A stretch of DNA of 62,047 nt, filler included, from Actinomycetales bacterium (GTDB lineage Bacteria; Actinomycetota; Actinomycetes; Actinomycetales; CAVURS01): NCBI GenBank assembly GCA_045807245.1. It is 3 parts of 3 records of this genome, joined end to end, with 100 filler letters (N's around TTAATTAATTAA, not from the genome) between each part and the next. Parts side by side here need not be neighbours in the genome. Positions count along the whole stretch, not along the records: positions 1 to 22,781 come from JBJMHS010000039.1; 2 more parts are not named here. One strand, 5' to 3'. A program made the position numbers and the translations under genes. Numbering within the stretch: the stretch's first letter is position 1; each line of letters starts with the position of its first letter. Shown here piece after piece: positions 1 through 12,146 of the stretch. The notes under the pieces are model-generated. The model did not search any database and was not told the DNA's origin. It saw only the letters and a program-made list of their open reading frames with translations.

Positions 1-172
1 CCGGACAGGTCAGGCATACGGCCTTGGCTGCCTCGTCGCGGTTGCGACGGGCCGGGCCACGCTCGCCCTCGGGGTGGAAGAACACGTCCGGGCTGGTACG
101 GCGGCACGCTCCTTCGAGCTGCCAGTCCCACAGGTCGGCCACGGGGCCGGGGAGGCGGGAGATCTCTGCCAT
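1..172 (-). CDS. whiD: WhiB-family Fe-S transcriptional regulator, WhiD/WhiB3 type (partial; 3' end runs off window)
   Basis: Manual translation MAEISRLPGPVADLWDWQLEGACRRTSPDVFFHPEGERGPARRNRDEAAKAVCLTCP; GAAGG RBS; divergent from the bldM-like gene; not in ORF track. Confidence 0.9.
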   Translation of the reverse strand, partial: MAEISRLPGPVADLWDWQLEGACRRTSPDVFFHPEGERGPARRNRDEAAKAVCLTCP

Positions 173-446
173 CGGGTACTCCTTCGGTTGGAGCCGTCCG
201 GAGGTCGTGCATCCGCTCGGCACCAGCTGCGAAGCGATCAACGGCGCGCTGTCTGCACCGCTGGGTCAGTCGATCTCTTGTGACCGTACAACCGCGCCAG
301 AGGTTCTTCAAGCGAAACGCTTCAGATATTGTTCAGAGAGCGAAATGCTTCCCTAAGAGACAGGTATATCCCGCTATGTCCCACCGCCGCGAGCCGCTGT
401 CCACGGTGGCTGGCGCCCGCACTCACGGGGGCCCAGACTGTCTGCC

Positions 447-1448
447 ATGACGTACGGCCGACCCGGGGAGGCGGCGGGCACGGTGGTCGGTACGACGCAA
501 GAACGAACGTTGACCGTGGCCGTGGTCGCCCGGCGGCTCGGGGTAGCGCCCGCCACGCTGCGCACCTGGGCCCGCCGCTACGAGCTCGGCCCGACCCAGC
601 ACACCGCCGGGTCGCACCGCCGCTACACCGCCGAGGACTTCGCCCGTCTGGTGGTCATGCGCCGCCTCACCCACGAGGGTGTGGCACCCGGCGAGGCCGC
701 CCGGGTGGCGCTGGAGACCCCGGGCGACTCGCTCGACGACGTGGGACGGGCTGAGGTGGGCGTGCTCGAGCCGGGCCCGTGGGAGGACAGCGACGGGTCG
801 ACCTACCTCTCGCTGGCCAGGGTCGTGCCGATCCAGGACGCGCGCAGGGTCGCACGTGGGCTGCACCGCGCCGCCGTGTCCATGGACGCGCGGGGCGTCG
901 CCGAGCTGCTGCGGCGCCAGATCTCCGTCGGGGGTGTGGTGGCCACCTGGGACGACGTCGTCGTACCGGTGCTGGAGAGCCTGGGCCGACGCTGGGAGTC
1001 GACCGGCGAGGGGGTCGAGGTCGAGCACCTGTTCGCCGAGGCTGCGGTCGCCACCTTGACCGGGGTGACGGCGCGGCTCAGCGCCGGACGGGAGCCGGGC
1101 CAGGTGTTGCTCAGCTGCGTGATCGACGAGCAGCACAGCCTGCCGTTGTACGCCGTGGCCGGCGCGCTCGCGGAGCGGGGTCTGGCCAGCCGGGTGCTGG
1201 GGGCGGCGCTGCCGCCGGACGCGCTGTCCTCAGCTGTACGCCGTATCGGACCGGCCGCGGTCCTGGTCTACGCGGCCATGCCGGTGGCGCCGGGGATCCG
1301 GGAGCTGGTCCTGCGCCGGACCCAGCAGGGGCCGCGGTTCCTGCTCGGCGGCCCGGGCTGGGGCACGGGTCCATTGCCGCCGTACGCCGAGTCGGTGACC
1401 AGTCTCGGCCAGGCCGTCCATCGGCTGCACGACATCGTCACCGGCTGA
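447..1448 (+). CDS. MerR-family regulator with cobalamin-binding-like domain (CarH/LitR-like)
   Basis: N-terminal MerR HTH (VARRLGVAPATLRTWARRY...GSHRRY); W-x9-EH motif (WESTGEGVEVEH); EQH Rossmann loop; start uncertain (447 or TTG 510). Confidence 0.8.
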   Translation: MTYGRPGEAAGTVVGTTQERTLTVAVVARRLGVAPATLRTWARRYELGPTQHTAGSHRRYTAEDFARLVVMRRLTHEGVAPGEAARVALETPGDSLDDVGRAEVGVLEPGPWEDSDGSTYLSLARVVPIQDARRVARGLHRAAVSMDARGVAELLRRQISVGGVVATWDDVVVPVLESLGRRWESTGEGVEVEHLFAEAAVATLTGVTARLSAGREPGQVLLSCVIDEQHSLPLYAVAGALAERGLASRVLGAALPPDALSSAVRRIGPAAVLVYAAMPVAPGIRELVLRRTQQGPRFLLGGPGWGTGPLPPYAESVTSLGQAVHRLHDIVTG

Positions 1449-1647
1449 CCGCTGCATGCTGGGCGGGCGACCGGCCGCCTGGCGGGGCGCCTGCGACGTG
1501 GCGACCGGAGAGTGCGTGGGCGCGATGTCCGGATCTGATCGCACTTTGCCTGGACTCAGCGCTAAGGCCGAGCACATCTCCCGCCGATAGTCACCTCAGG
1601 TCGGTCGCTCGGACCAGAGCGACCCGGAACTCGAGGTCAGGAGAACT

Positions 1648-2259
1648 GTGGCCACCGTGATCGTCTGTGACGACGCGCCCATCGCCCGGGAGACCGTGCG
1701 ACGGGTCGTTGCCACTGTGCCCGGAGTCACTCGGGTGCTCGGTGCCGCCTCCGGCGAGGAGCTGCTCGGTCGGTGGGGAGCCGAGCGGCCCGCACTGGCG
1801 CTCATCGACGTACGGATGCCCGGCCTGGGTGGGGTCGAGACGACCCGCCGACTGCTGTCCCTGCACCCCGACGCGTGCGTTCTCATGCTCACCACCGCCG
1901 AGGACGTGGACGGTGTCGCGCGCGCAGTGACGTTCGGCGCTCGCGGCTACGTCGTGAAGGACGCGGGCCGCGAGGAGATCGCGCTCGCCATCGTGCAGAC
2001 ACTCACGGACAACTACCGGCGCCAGGCGCCGACACCGGCCCGGCCGGTCGCGGTCAGCTCGATGCCCAGCCTGACCGAGCGAGAGCTGCAGGTTCTCGGC
2101 GGCATGAGCCGGGGCCGCAGCAACTCCGAGATCGGCAAGGAGCTGTACCTGTCTGAGGACACGGTGAAGACCCACGCCCGTCGCCTGTTCCGCAAGCTCG
2201 GAGCGGCCGACCGCGCGCAGGCAGTCGCTGTGGGTTTCCGCAGCGGCCTGGTCCGCTGA
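1648..2259 (+). CDS. bldM: NarL/LuxR-family response regulator, BldM-like
   Basis: VIVCDD...DVRMPGLGGVE receiver; LSEDTVKTHARRLFRKLGAADRAQAVAVGFRSGLVR C-terminus closely matches BldM; synteny with whiD. Confidence 0.8.
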   Translation: MATVIVCDDAPIARETVRRVVATVPGVTRVLGAASGEELLGRWGAERPALALIDVRMPGLGGVETTRRLLSLHPDACVLMLTTAEDVDGVARAVTFGARGYVVKDAGREEIALAIVQTLTDNYRRQAPTPARPVAVSSMPSLTERELQVLGGMSRGRSNSEIGKELYLSEDTVKTHARRLFRKLGAADRAQAVAVGFRSGLVR

Positions 2260-2446
2260 CCTCGGCTGCGTGATTTCCGCCTAAATCCGCGGTATCGCCG
2301 CCTTCCCCGTCCGGACACCGTCACGGCCAGTGACCGACCTGGCAACACCCTTCTCCTCGCGCGTCACTCCGCGTAGGCTCGGCGCCTGACTGCAGCGCCG
2401 TGCAACCTCCGCGGCGGTCCGTCACCTGCGGAGAGGGCTCGGGGAC

Positions 2447-3132
2447 GTGAGTGAGCAGGGTGTAACGCCGCGACCATCTGCGGCGATCACTCCTGCGCGG
2501 GATGCCGTCACCGCGACCCCTGACCTTCGTGGCCTGGTGGCCATGGCCCTCCGTGGTGACGTGGTCGCGACGGAAGGCTTGCTCAAAGCCGTACGACGCA
2601 TGGTTCACCGCTACATCCGGGCTCGCCTCGGTGGGCCGCACGGTGACGACAGCGCCGCGGATGACGCAGCGCAGGAGGTGTGTATCGCGGTGCTGTCGGC
2701 CCTGCCGCGCTACCGAGACGAAGGGGTCCCCTTCGAGGCCTTCGTCTACTCCATCGCGGCCCGCAAGCTCGCGGATGTCCACCGGGCCGCGGTACGGCGG
2801 GCTGTCCCGGTCGCCGAGCTGCCCGAGGCGATCGACCTGACCGACGGCCCGGAGGCGCTGGCGGTCCGCTCGAGCGATGCGGACCTGGCCCGCGAGCTGC
2901 TCGACATCCTGCCCGAGCAGCAGCGCGAGATCCTCCTGCTCCGCGTGGCCGTGGGCTTGTCGGCGGAGGAGACCGGGCGAGCCCTGGGCATCACCGCGGG
3001 CGCGGTGCGCGTCGCCCAGCACCGGGCGTTGCGCCGGCTGCGCGAAGAGGCAACCTCGGCAGCCCGCGTGGCCGCGGCGCACAGCGACGGGCGGGCCGCG
3101 CTGAGCGGGGCCGGGACGCGGCAGGTGACGCG

Positions 3133-3136
<4 letters not shown>
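2447..3136 (+). CDS. ECF sigma factor, SigD/ShbA-like
   Basis: Region 2 [33 protein letters not shown]; region 4 [26 protein letters not shown]; position upstream of guaB; start uncertain. Confidence 0.88.
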
Positions 3137-6253
<3,117 letters not shown>

Positions 6254-6256
6254 GCG

Positions 6257-6466
6257 CTACCGGAACACCCACACGACGAGGGTCACAGCCAGGCTCAACG
6301 CCAGCAGGGTGCTCCAGCCGAGCCAGTCTCGGGGCTTGGACCGAGTAAGCATGTACGCCGACAACACGAGGCCACCGGGTGCCAAAACCGTGGCCGCGAC
6401 GAACGCCGCTCCCCACAGCCATGCCGGCGTAAATACTGGCTCGTCCGGTGTCGTCGCCGTTGGCAT
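6257..6466 (-). CDS. Small hypothetical two-TM membrane protein
   Basis: MPTATTPDEP... with two hydrophobic segments; fills the guaB-guaB3 gap on the opposite strand; lower GC. Confidence 0.45.
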   Translation of the reverse strand: MPTATTPDEPVFTPAWLWGAAFVAATVLAPGGLVLSAYMLTRSKPRDWLGWSTLLALSLAVTLVVWVFR

Positions 6467-6630
6467 CAGTCGCTCTCGGCTCCGTTGTAGAGCGTGATTG
6501 TGCCGGAGGGATATCCGTTTCACGTGGCCCCTGCCGAGCGATTGACTATGTGGCCGACCGTAGGATGCTACTCATAAGTGTGTCAATCAGGACAAGCCGT
6601 CCACCGCCTAGGGCCGGATAAGGTTTCGCG

Positions 6631-7752
6631 GTGACCGAGATTGAGATCGGCCGGGGCAAGCGCGGCCGCCGCGCGTACGCGTTCGACGACGTCGCAGTGG
6701 TTCCCAGTCGCCGTACCCGTGACCCGGAAGAGGTCTCGGTCGCCTGGCAGATCGACGCCTACCGGTTCGAGCTGCCGGTCATGGCTGCGCCGATGGACAG
6801 TGTCATGTCGCCCGCGACGGCGATCGCGCTCGGCCAGCTGGGCGGGCTCGGCGTGCTCGACCTCGAAGGCCTGTGGACGCGGTACGACGACCCGGAGCCG
6901 CTGCTCGAAGAGATCGCCGGTCTCCAGCCGGCGACGTCGACCCCCCGCATGCAGCAGATCTACTCCGAGCCGATCAAGCCCGAGCTGGTTTCGGCCCGGC
7001 TCAAGGAGATTCGCGACGCGGGGGTCACCGTCGCCGGCGCGCTGACTCCGCAGCGGACCCAAGAGCTGTGGCGCGTCGTCGTCGACTCCGGGTGCGACCT
7101 GTTCGTCATCCGGGGGACGACCGTGTCGGCGGAGCACGTGTCCGGGCGCGCGGAACCGTTGAACCTCAAGCGGTTCATCTACGAGCTCGACGTACCGGTC
7201 ATCGTCGGCGGCTGCGCGACGTACACCGCAGCTCTGCATCTGATGCGCACGGGCGCGGCGGGTGTGCTGGTCGGGTTCGGCGGCGGCGCCGCCCACACGA
7301 CGCGCACGACGCTCGGCATCCACGTACCCATGGCCAGTGCGGTGGCCGACGTCGCGGCGGCCCGGCGCGACTACCTCGACGAGAGTGGTGGCCGGTATGT
7401 GCACGTCATCGCCGACGGCGGCATGGGGACGTCGGGTGACCTGGTCAAGGCGATCGCGTGCGGTGCCGACGCCGTGATGCTCGGCGCGGTCCTCGCCCGG
7501 TCGGTCGAGGCACCTGGTCGCGGCTGGCACTGGGGCCCTGAGGCGCACCATCCAGAGCTCCCGCGCGGCGAACGAGTCCCCGTCGGGACGGTCGCGCCGC
7601 TCTCCGAGATCCTCGGTGGCCCGGGTCGATCCGCCGACGGCCAGACCAATCTCGTCGGGGCCCTGCGCCGCGCCATGGCGACCACGGGATACTCGGACGT
7701 GAAGGAGTTCCAGCGGGTGGAGGTCGTCATCGCCCGGCACCCGTCGGCCTAA
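6631..7752 (+). CDS. guaB3: GuaB3-family IMP dehydrogenase-related protein
   Basis: EIGRGKRGRRAYAFDDVAVVPSRRTRDPEEV, ALHLMRTGAAGVLVG; conserved position after guaB. Confidence 0.93.
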   Translation: MTEIEIGRGKRGRRAYAFDDVAVVPSRRTRDPEEVSVAWQIDAYRFELPVMAAPMDSVMSPATAIALGQLGGLGVLDLEGLWTRYDDPEPLLEEIAGLQPATSTPRMQQIYSEPIKPELVSARLKEIRDAGVTVAGALTPQRTQELWRVVVDSGCDLFVIRGTTVSAEHVSGRAEPLNLKRFIYELDVPVIVGGCATYTAALHLMRTGAAGVLVGFGGGAAHTTRTTLGIHVPMASAVADVAAARRDYLDESGGRYVHVIADGGMGTSGDLVKAIACGADAVMLGAVLARSVEAPGRGWHWGPEAHHPELPRGERVPVGTVAPLSEILGGPGRSADGQTNLVGALRRAMATTGYSDVKEFQRVEVVIARHPSA

Positions 7753-7763
7753 GGCGGATATAG

Positions 7764-9473
7764 ATGGAGCACGGCGAGCTGTCCCCTGCAGCGCGCACCG
7801 AAGCGCTGGCCGGGCTGGTCGAGGACGAGCTCGACGTCGTTGTCATCGGCGGCGGTGTCGTCGGTGCCGGCGCGGCCCTGGATGCGGCCACCCGCGGACT
7901 CCGCGTCGGTCTGGTCGAGGCGAGGGACTGGGCCAGCGGCACGTCCAGCCGGTCCAGCAAGCTCATCCACGGCGGCTTGCGTTACCTGGAGATGCTCGAC
8001 TTCGGCCTGGTCCGCGAGGCGTTGCACGAGCGCGGCCTGCTGCTGCAACGGCTGGCGCCGCACCTGGTGCGACCCGTGCCGTTCCTGTATCCGCTCACCC
8101 ACCGCGTCTGGGAGCGGCCGTACGTCGGCGCCGGCCTCGTCCTGTACGACACGATGGGCTCGGTCGCGCCGGGGTCGCGCGGGCTGCCGCGCCACAAGCA
8201 CCTCAGCAAGAAGCATGCGCTGCGCATGGCACCCGGGCTACGGCCGAGCTCGCTGGTCGGTGCCGTGCAGTACTACGACGCGCAGGTCGACGACGCCCGG
8301 CACACGGTCACCCTGGTCCGTACGGCGGCGGCGTACGGCGCGCTGGTCGCCAACCGCGCCCGGGTCGTCGGGTTCCTGCGCCAGGGCGAGCGGGTCACCG
8401 GCGTGCAGGTGCGCGACCTCGAGAGCGGAGACCTGCTGGACGTCCGGGCCAAGCAGGTGCTCAACGCGACCGGAGTCTGGACGGACGACACCCAGGCCAT
8501 GGTGGGCGAGCGCGGACAGTTCCAGGTCCGGGCCAGCAAGGGCATCCACCTCGTCGTACCGCGCGACCGCATCCAGAGCTCGACCGGCCTGATCGTGCGG
8601 ACGCAGACCTCCGTCCTGTTCGTCATCCCGTGGGGCCGGCACTGGATCATCGGCACCACCGACACCGACTGGCGGCTCGACAAGGCGCATCCGGCCGCGA
8701 GCTCCCACGACATCGACTACCTGCTCGAGCAGGTGAACCGGGTCCTGTCGCGGCCGCTCACGCACGAGGACGTCGAGGGGGTGTACGCCGGGCTCCGGCC
8801 GCTGCTCGCGGGAGAGTCCGAGTCGACCTCGAAGCTGTCCCGCGAGCACATCGTGGGCCATCCGGTGCCCGGCCTGGTCGTCGTCGCGGGCGGCAAGTAC
8901 ACGACGTACCGCGTGATGGCCGCCGACGCCGTCGACGAGGTGGCGCGCGCGCTCGACGGGCGGGTGCCGCTGTCGTGCACCGAACGCATCCCGCTGCTCG
9001 GCGCGGACGGGTACGACGCGGCCTGGAACTCGCGGCAGCGGACTGCGACGAGGTACGGCGTGCACGTGGCGCGGGTCGAGCACCTGCTCCGTCGCTACGG
9101 CACCATGGCGCCCGACGTGCTGGAGCTGGTGGAGGACGACCCCGACCTCGGGGCGCCGATGCCCGGGGCCGACGACTACATCGCGGCCGAGGTCGTCTAC
9201 GCCTGCACGCACGAGGGTGCTCGGCACCTGGACGACGTGCTCACCCGCCGGACCCGCATCTCGATCGAGTCCTGGGACCGCGGCGTCGGCGCCGCGCCCG
9301 TGGCCGCCGACCTCATGGCCGTCGTGCTCGGCTGGAGCGAGGAGCAGCGGGACAAGGAGGTCGAGCACTACCTGGCCCGCGTCGAGGCCGAGCGGCTCTC
9401 CCAGCAGCAGCCCGACGACGAGACCGCCGACAGTGCCCGGCTGGGTGCACCGGAGATCGTCCCGCTCGCCTGA
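7764..9473 (+). CDS. glpD: FAD-dependent glycerol-3-phosphate dehydrogenase/oxidase
   Basis: VIGGGVVGAG FAD motif, GTSSRSSKLIHGGLRYLE, GGKYTTYR. Confidence 0.93.
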   Translation: MEHGELSPAARTEALAGLVEDELDVVVIGGGVVGAGAALDAATRGLRVGLVEARDWASGTSSRSSKLIHGGLRYLEMLDFGLVREALHERGLLLQRLAPHLVRPVPFLYPLTHRVWERPYVGAGLVLYDTMGSVAPGSRGLPRHKHLSKKHALRMAPGLRPSSLVGAVQYYDAQVDDARHTVTLVRTAAAYGALVANRARVVGFLRQGERVTGVQVRDLESGDLLDVRAKQVLNATGVWTDDTQAMVGERGQFQVRASKGIHLVVPRDRIQSSTGLIVRTQTSVLFVIPWGRHWIIGTTDTDWRLDKAHPAASSHDIDYLLEQVNRVLSRPLTHEDVEGVYAGLRPLLAGESESTSKLSREHIVGHPVPGLVVVAGGKYTTYRVMAADAVDEVARALDGRVPLSCTERIPLLGADGYDAAWNSRQRTATRYGVHVARVEHLLRRYGTMAPDVLELVEDDPDLGAPMPGADDYIAAEVVYACTHEGARHLDDVLTRRTRISIESWDRGVGAAPVAADLMAVVLGWSEEQRDKEVEHYLARVEAERLSQQQPDDETADSARLGAPEIVPLA

Positions 9474-9499
9474 CAGACCTGGTTGGCATGCTGGGGCAG

Positions 9500-11671
9500 G
9501 TGACCTCGACACCGACCCACGAGCCGAGTACGCCGCGCGCCGAGCCGTTGGCCGAGCCGTTGGCCGAGCTGCGGGCTGAGGCTGAGCAGCACCTGCGGGC
9601 CCTGGTCGGCCGTCCGGACGCCGCGCTGCGCGAGGACCAGTGGACCGCCATCGAGGCGCTCGTCGCCGACCGGCGCCGGGCCCTGGTGGTGCAGCGCACC
9701 GGGTGGGGCAAGTCGGCGGTCTACTTCGTCGCGACCGCCCTGCTGCGCGCTCGTCAGGCCGGCCCCACCGTGATCGTCTCCCCGCTGCTCGCCCTGATGC
9801 GCAACCAGATCGCCGCGGCCGACCGGGCCGGCATCCACGCGGTGACCATCAACTCGACCAACAGCGACGCCTGGGCCGAGACGTACGCGGCGATCCAGCA
9901 CGGCAAGGTCGACGTGCTGCTCGTCAGCCCGGAGCGGCTCAACAACCCGGAGTTCCGCGACGAGGTGCTGCCCCGCCTGGCGGCAGCGGCCGGGCTGCTC
10001 GTCGTCGACGAGGCCCACTGCATCTCCGACTGGGGCCACGACTTCCGCCCGGACTACCGGCGGATCCGGACCATGCTGGCCGACCTCCCGGAGGGCATCC
10101 CGGTGCTGGCGACGACCGCAACCGCGAACGCCCGGGTCACCTCCGATGTGGCCGAGCAGCTCTCGGTCACCGGTCGCAATGTGCTCGACGACGTCCTCGT
10201 CCTGCGCGGTGACCTGGACCGCGAGTCGCTGCACCTCGGAGTCGTCCAACTGCCCGGACAGGCCGCCCGCCTGGCCTGGCTGGCCGAGCATCTGCGCGAC
10301 CTGCCCGGGCCCGGGATCATCTACTGCCTCACGGTGGCCGCCACCCACGAGGTGGCCGAACATCTCCGCGGTGCGGGTTACGACGTCGCGGCGTACTCCG
10401 GCCAGACCGAGACCGCCGAGCGGCTGGCCGCCGAGGACGACCTGCTCGCGGGCCGCCTCAAGGCGCTCGTGGCGACGTCTGCGCTCGGCATGGGGTTCGA
10501 CATGCCGGACCTCGGCTGGGTGGTCAACCTGGGCGCGCCCGCCTCGCCGATCGCGTACTACCAGCAGGTCGGGCGGGCCGGCCGGGCCATCGACCGAGCC
10601 GTGGCCGTCCTGCTCCCCGGCAGTGAGGACCGAGACATCTGGGACTACTTCGGGTCTCTCGCCTTCCCGTCCGAGCTAGAGGTCCGGCAAGCCTTGGCCG
10701 TCCTCGGTGAGTCTGACCGGCCGTTGTCCACGGCGGCGCTGGAGCCGCATGTCACGCTGCGCCGTACGCGGCTGGAGACCATGCTCAAGGTGCTCGACGT
10801 CGACGGTGCCGTACGACGGGTCCGTGGCGGCTGGGTCGCGACCGGAGAGCCCTGGACGTACGACGCCGACCGCTATGCGCGAGTCCGCGAGACGCGCCAG
10901 GCGGAGCAGGCTGCGATGCTGGAATACGTTGCAGCGCAAGGTTGTCGGATGGAGTTTCTGCGTCGTGCCCTCGACGACCCGGGCGCGGAGCGGTGCGGGC
11001 GCTGCGACCGCTGCGGTGGGCTGGACCTCGCCGCCGGCTCGTCCGCAGCGGCGGTCGCGCAGGCCCAGCAACGGCTGGACCGGCCCGGCGTGGTGGTAGA
11101 CCCGCGCAAGCTCTGGCCGACCGGGATGGCCGGCGTCGGCGTCGCACTCAGCGGCCGCATCCCGGCCGAGGAGCTGGCCGAGCCAGGCCGGGCGATCGCC
11201 CGGCTGACGGACCTCGGCTGGGGCCGCCAGCTGCACGACCTGTTGCGCGACGGCGCACCCGACGGTGAGCTACCGGTGCCCCTGCGGCATGCCCTCGTTG
11301 CGGTGGTCGACGACTGGGACTTCGACGGCGGGCCGCCCGACGGCCTCGTCGTCATCGGCTCGGCGACCCGGCCGCGGCTGGTGGCCCATCTGGGCGACGG
11401 GCTGGCGCGCTACCTCGGTGTGCCAGTGCTCGCGACCTTCGACGTCGTGGACCCGGACGCTCCGAACCCGCACGACGTGAACTCCGCGCAGCGGCTGCGC
11501 GCCGTGGCCCGCCGACACCGTCTGTCCGATCCGGGCGCCGTGGCCGGGCTCCGGGTCCTGCTGCTCGACGACCGCACCGACACGGGCTGGACCCTGGCCG
11601 TCTGTGCGCAGGCGCTGCGCCGAGCAGGCGCGGCCGCGGCGTACCCGCTCGTCCTCGCCGCGACCACCTAG
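9500..11671 (+). CDS. RecQ-family helicase with C-terminal PRTase-like domain (RqlH-like)
   Basis: QRTGWGKS, VVDEAHCISDWGHDFRPDY, YYQQVGRAGR, Zn motif C...CGRCDRC, C-terminal LLLDDRTDTGWTL; start 9488 or 9500. Confidence 0.9.
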   Translation: MTSTPTHEPSTPRAEPLAEPLAELRAEAEQHLRALVGRPDAALREDQWTAIEALVADRRRALVVQRTGWGKSAVYFVATALLRARQAGPTVIVSPLLALMRNQIAAADRAGIHAVTINSTNSDAWAETYAAIQHGKVDVLLVSPERLNNPEFRDEVLPRLAAAAGLLVVDEAHCISDWGHDFRPDYRRIRTMLADLPEGIPVLATTATANARVTSDVAEQLSVTGRNVLDDVLVLRGDLDRESLHLGVVQLPGQAARLAWLAEHLRDLPGPGIIYCLTVAATHEVAEHLRGAGYDVAAYSGQTETAERLAAEDDLLAGRLKALVATSALGMGFDMPDLGWVVNLGAPASPIAYYQQVGRAGRAIDRAVAVLLPGSEDRDIWDYFGSLAFPSELEVRQALAVLGESDRPLSTAALEPHVTLRRTRLETMLKVLDVDGAVRRVRGGWVATGEPWTYDADRYARVRETRQAEQAAMLEYVAAQGCRMEFLRRALDDPGAERCGRCDRCGGLDLAAGSSAAAVAQAQQRLDRPGVVVDPRKLWPTGMAGVGVALSGRIPAEELAEPGRAIARLTDLGWGRQLHDLLRDGAPDGELPVPLRHALVAVVDDWDFDGGPPDGLVVIGSATRPRLVAHLGDGLARYLGVPVLATFDVVDPDAPNPHDVNSAQRLRAVARRHRLSDPGAVAGLRVLLLDDRTDTGWTLAVCAQALRRAGAAAAYPLVLAATT

Positions 11672-11679
11672 GAACTCAT

Positions 11680-11777
11680 GATGGAAGACAGGTCTTCCAT
11701 CGCTAAATGGAAGATCTCTTTGACATCCGTAAGTGGAAGATCTATCTTCCACTTACGGATGGAAGATCTCTTTGACA
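11680..11777 (+). promoter_or_regulatory. hipBA promoter/operator array
   Basis: Palindromes at 11680-11701 (10-bp arms) and 11724-11761 (perfect 18-bp arms), core GGAAGA-N4-TCTTCC; 19-bp direct repeats ATGGAAGATCTCTTTGACA at 11707 and 11759, each containing TTGACA. Confidence 0.75.
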
Positions 11778-11789
11778 ATCGAGGAAGAC

Positions 11790-12146
11790 GTGACACAGGT
11801 GCGCACCGCTCGCGAGCTGGGGGTTGTGGTGCGCCGAACGCGCCGACGCCTCAACATGACCCAAGCCGAGCTGGCGGAGCGCGTGGGTGTGACCCGCCAG
11901 TGGGTGGCCAGCGTGGAGGGCGGGAAGGCGAATCCTCATCTGAAAGCACTTCTTTCTGTGGGTGAAGTCCTGGGTCTCGAACTCGAACTGACGACCACGT
12001 CATCAAGCCAGGTTCCGCCGCCCCCGACGGGGCGTACTCCACCGCTGTCGTCGCCCCCCGAACGAACGACTGTGGAGGACCTGCTAGACGAGATGGCGGA
12101 AGACGCGAGGGTCACGTCCCGAGGCGGGCGCGATGCCGACGCGTGA
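11790..12146 (+). CDS. hipB: HipB-like XRE HTH antitoxin
   Basis: VRTARELGVVVRRTRRRLNMTQAELAERVGVTRQWVASVEGGK; GAGG RBS before GTG 11790; overlaps hipA start. Confidence 0.85.
   Translation: MTQVRTARELGVVVRRTRRRLNMTQAELAERVGVTRQWVASVEGGKANPHLKALLSVGEVLGLELELTTTSSSQVPPPPTGRTPPLSSPPERTTVEDLLDEMAEDARVTSRGGRDADA

Noticed and set aside
9539..9570. 12-nt tandem repeat (AEPLAEPLAEL) at the RecQ N-terminus
   Set aside because: Short in-frame slippage repeat in a disordered leader; no evidence of function
11680..11777. Possible mini-CRISPR array
   Set aside because: Only two 19-bp direct repeats, the spacer is itself a palindrome of the same motif, no cas genes; better explained as operators
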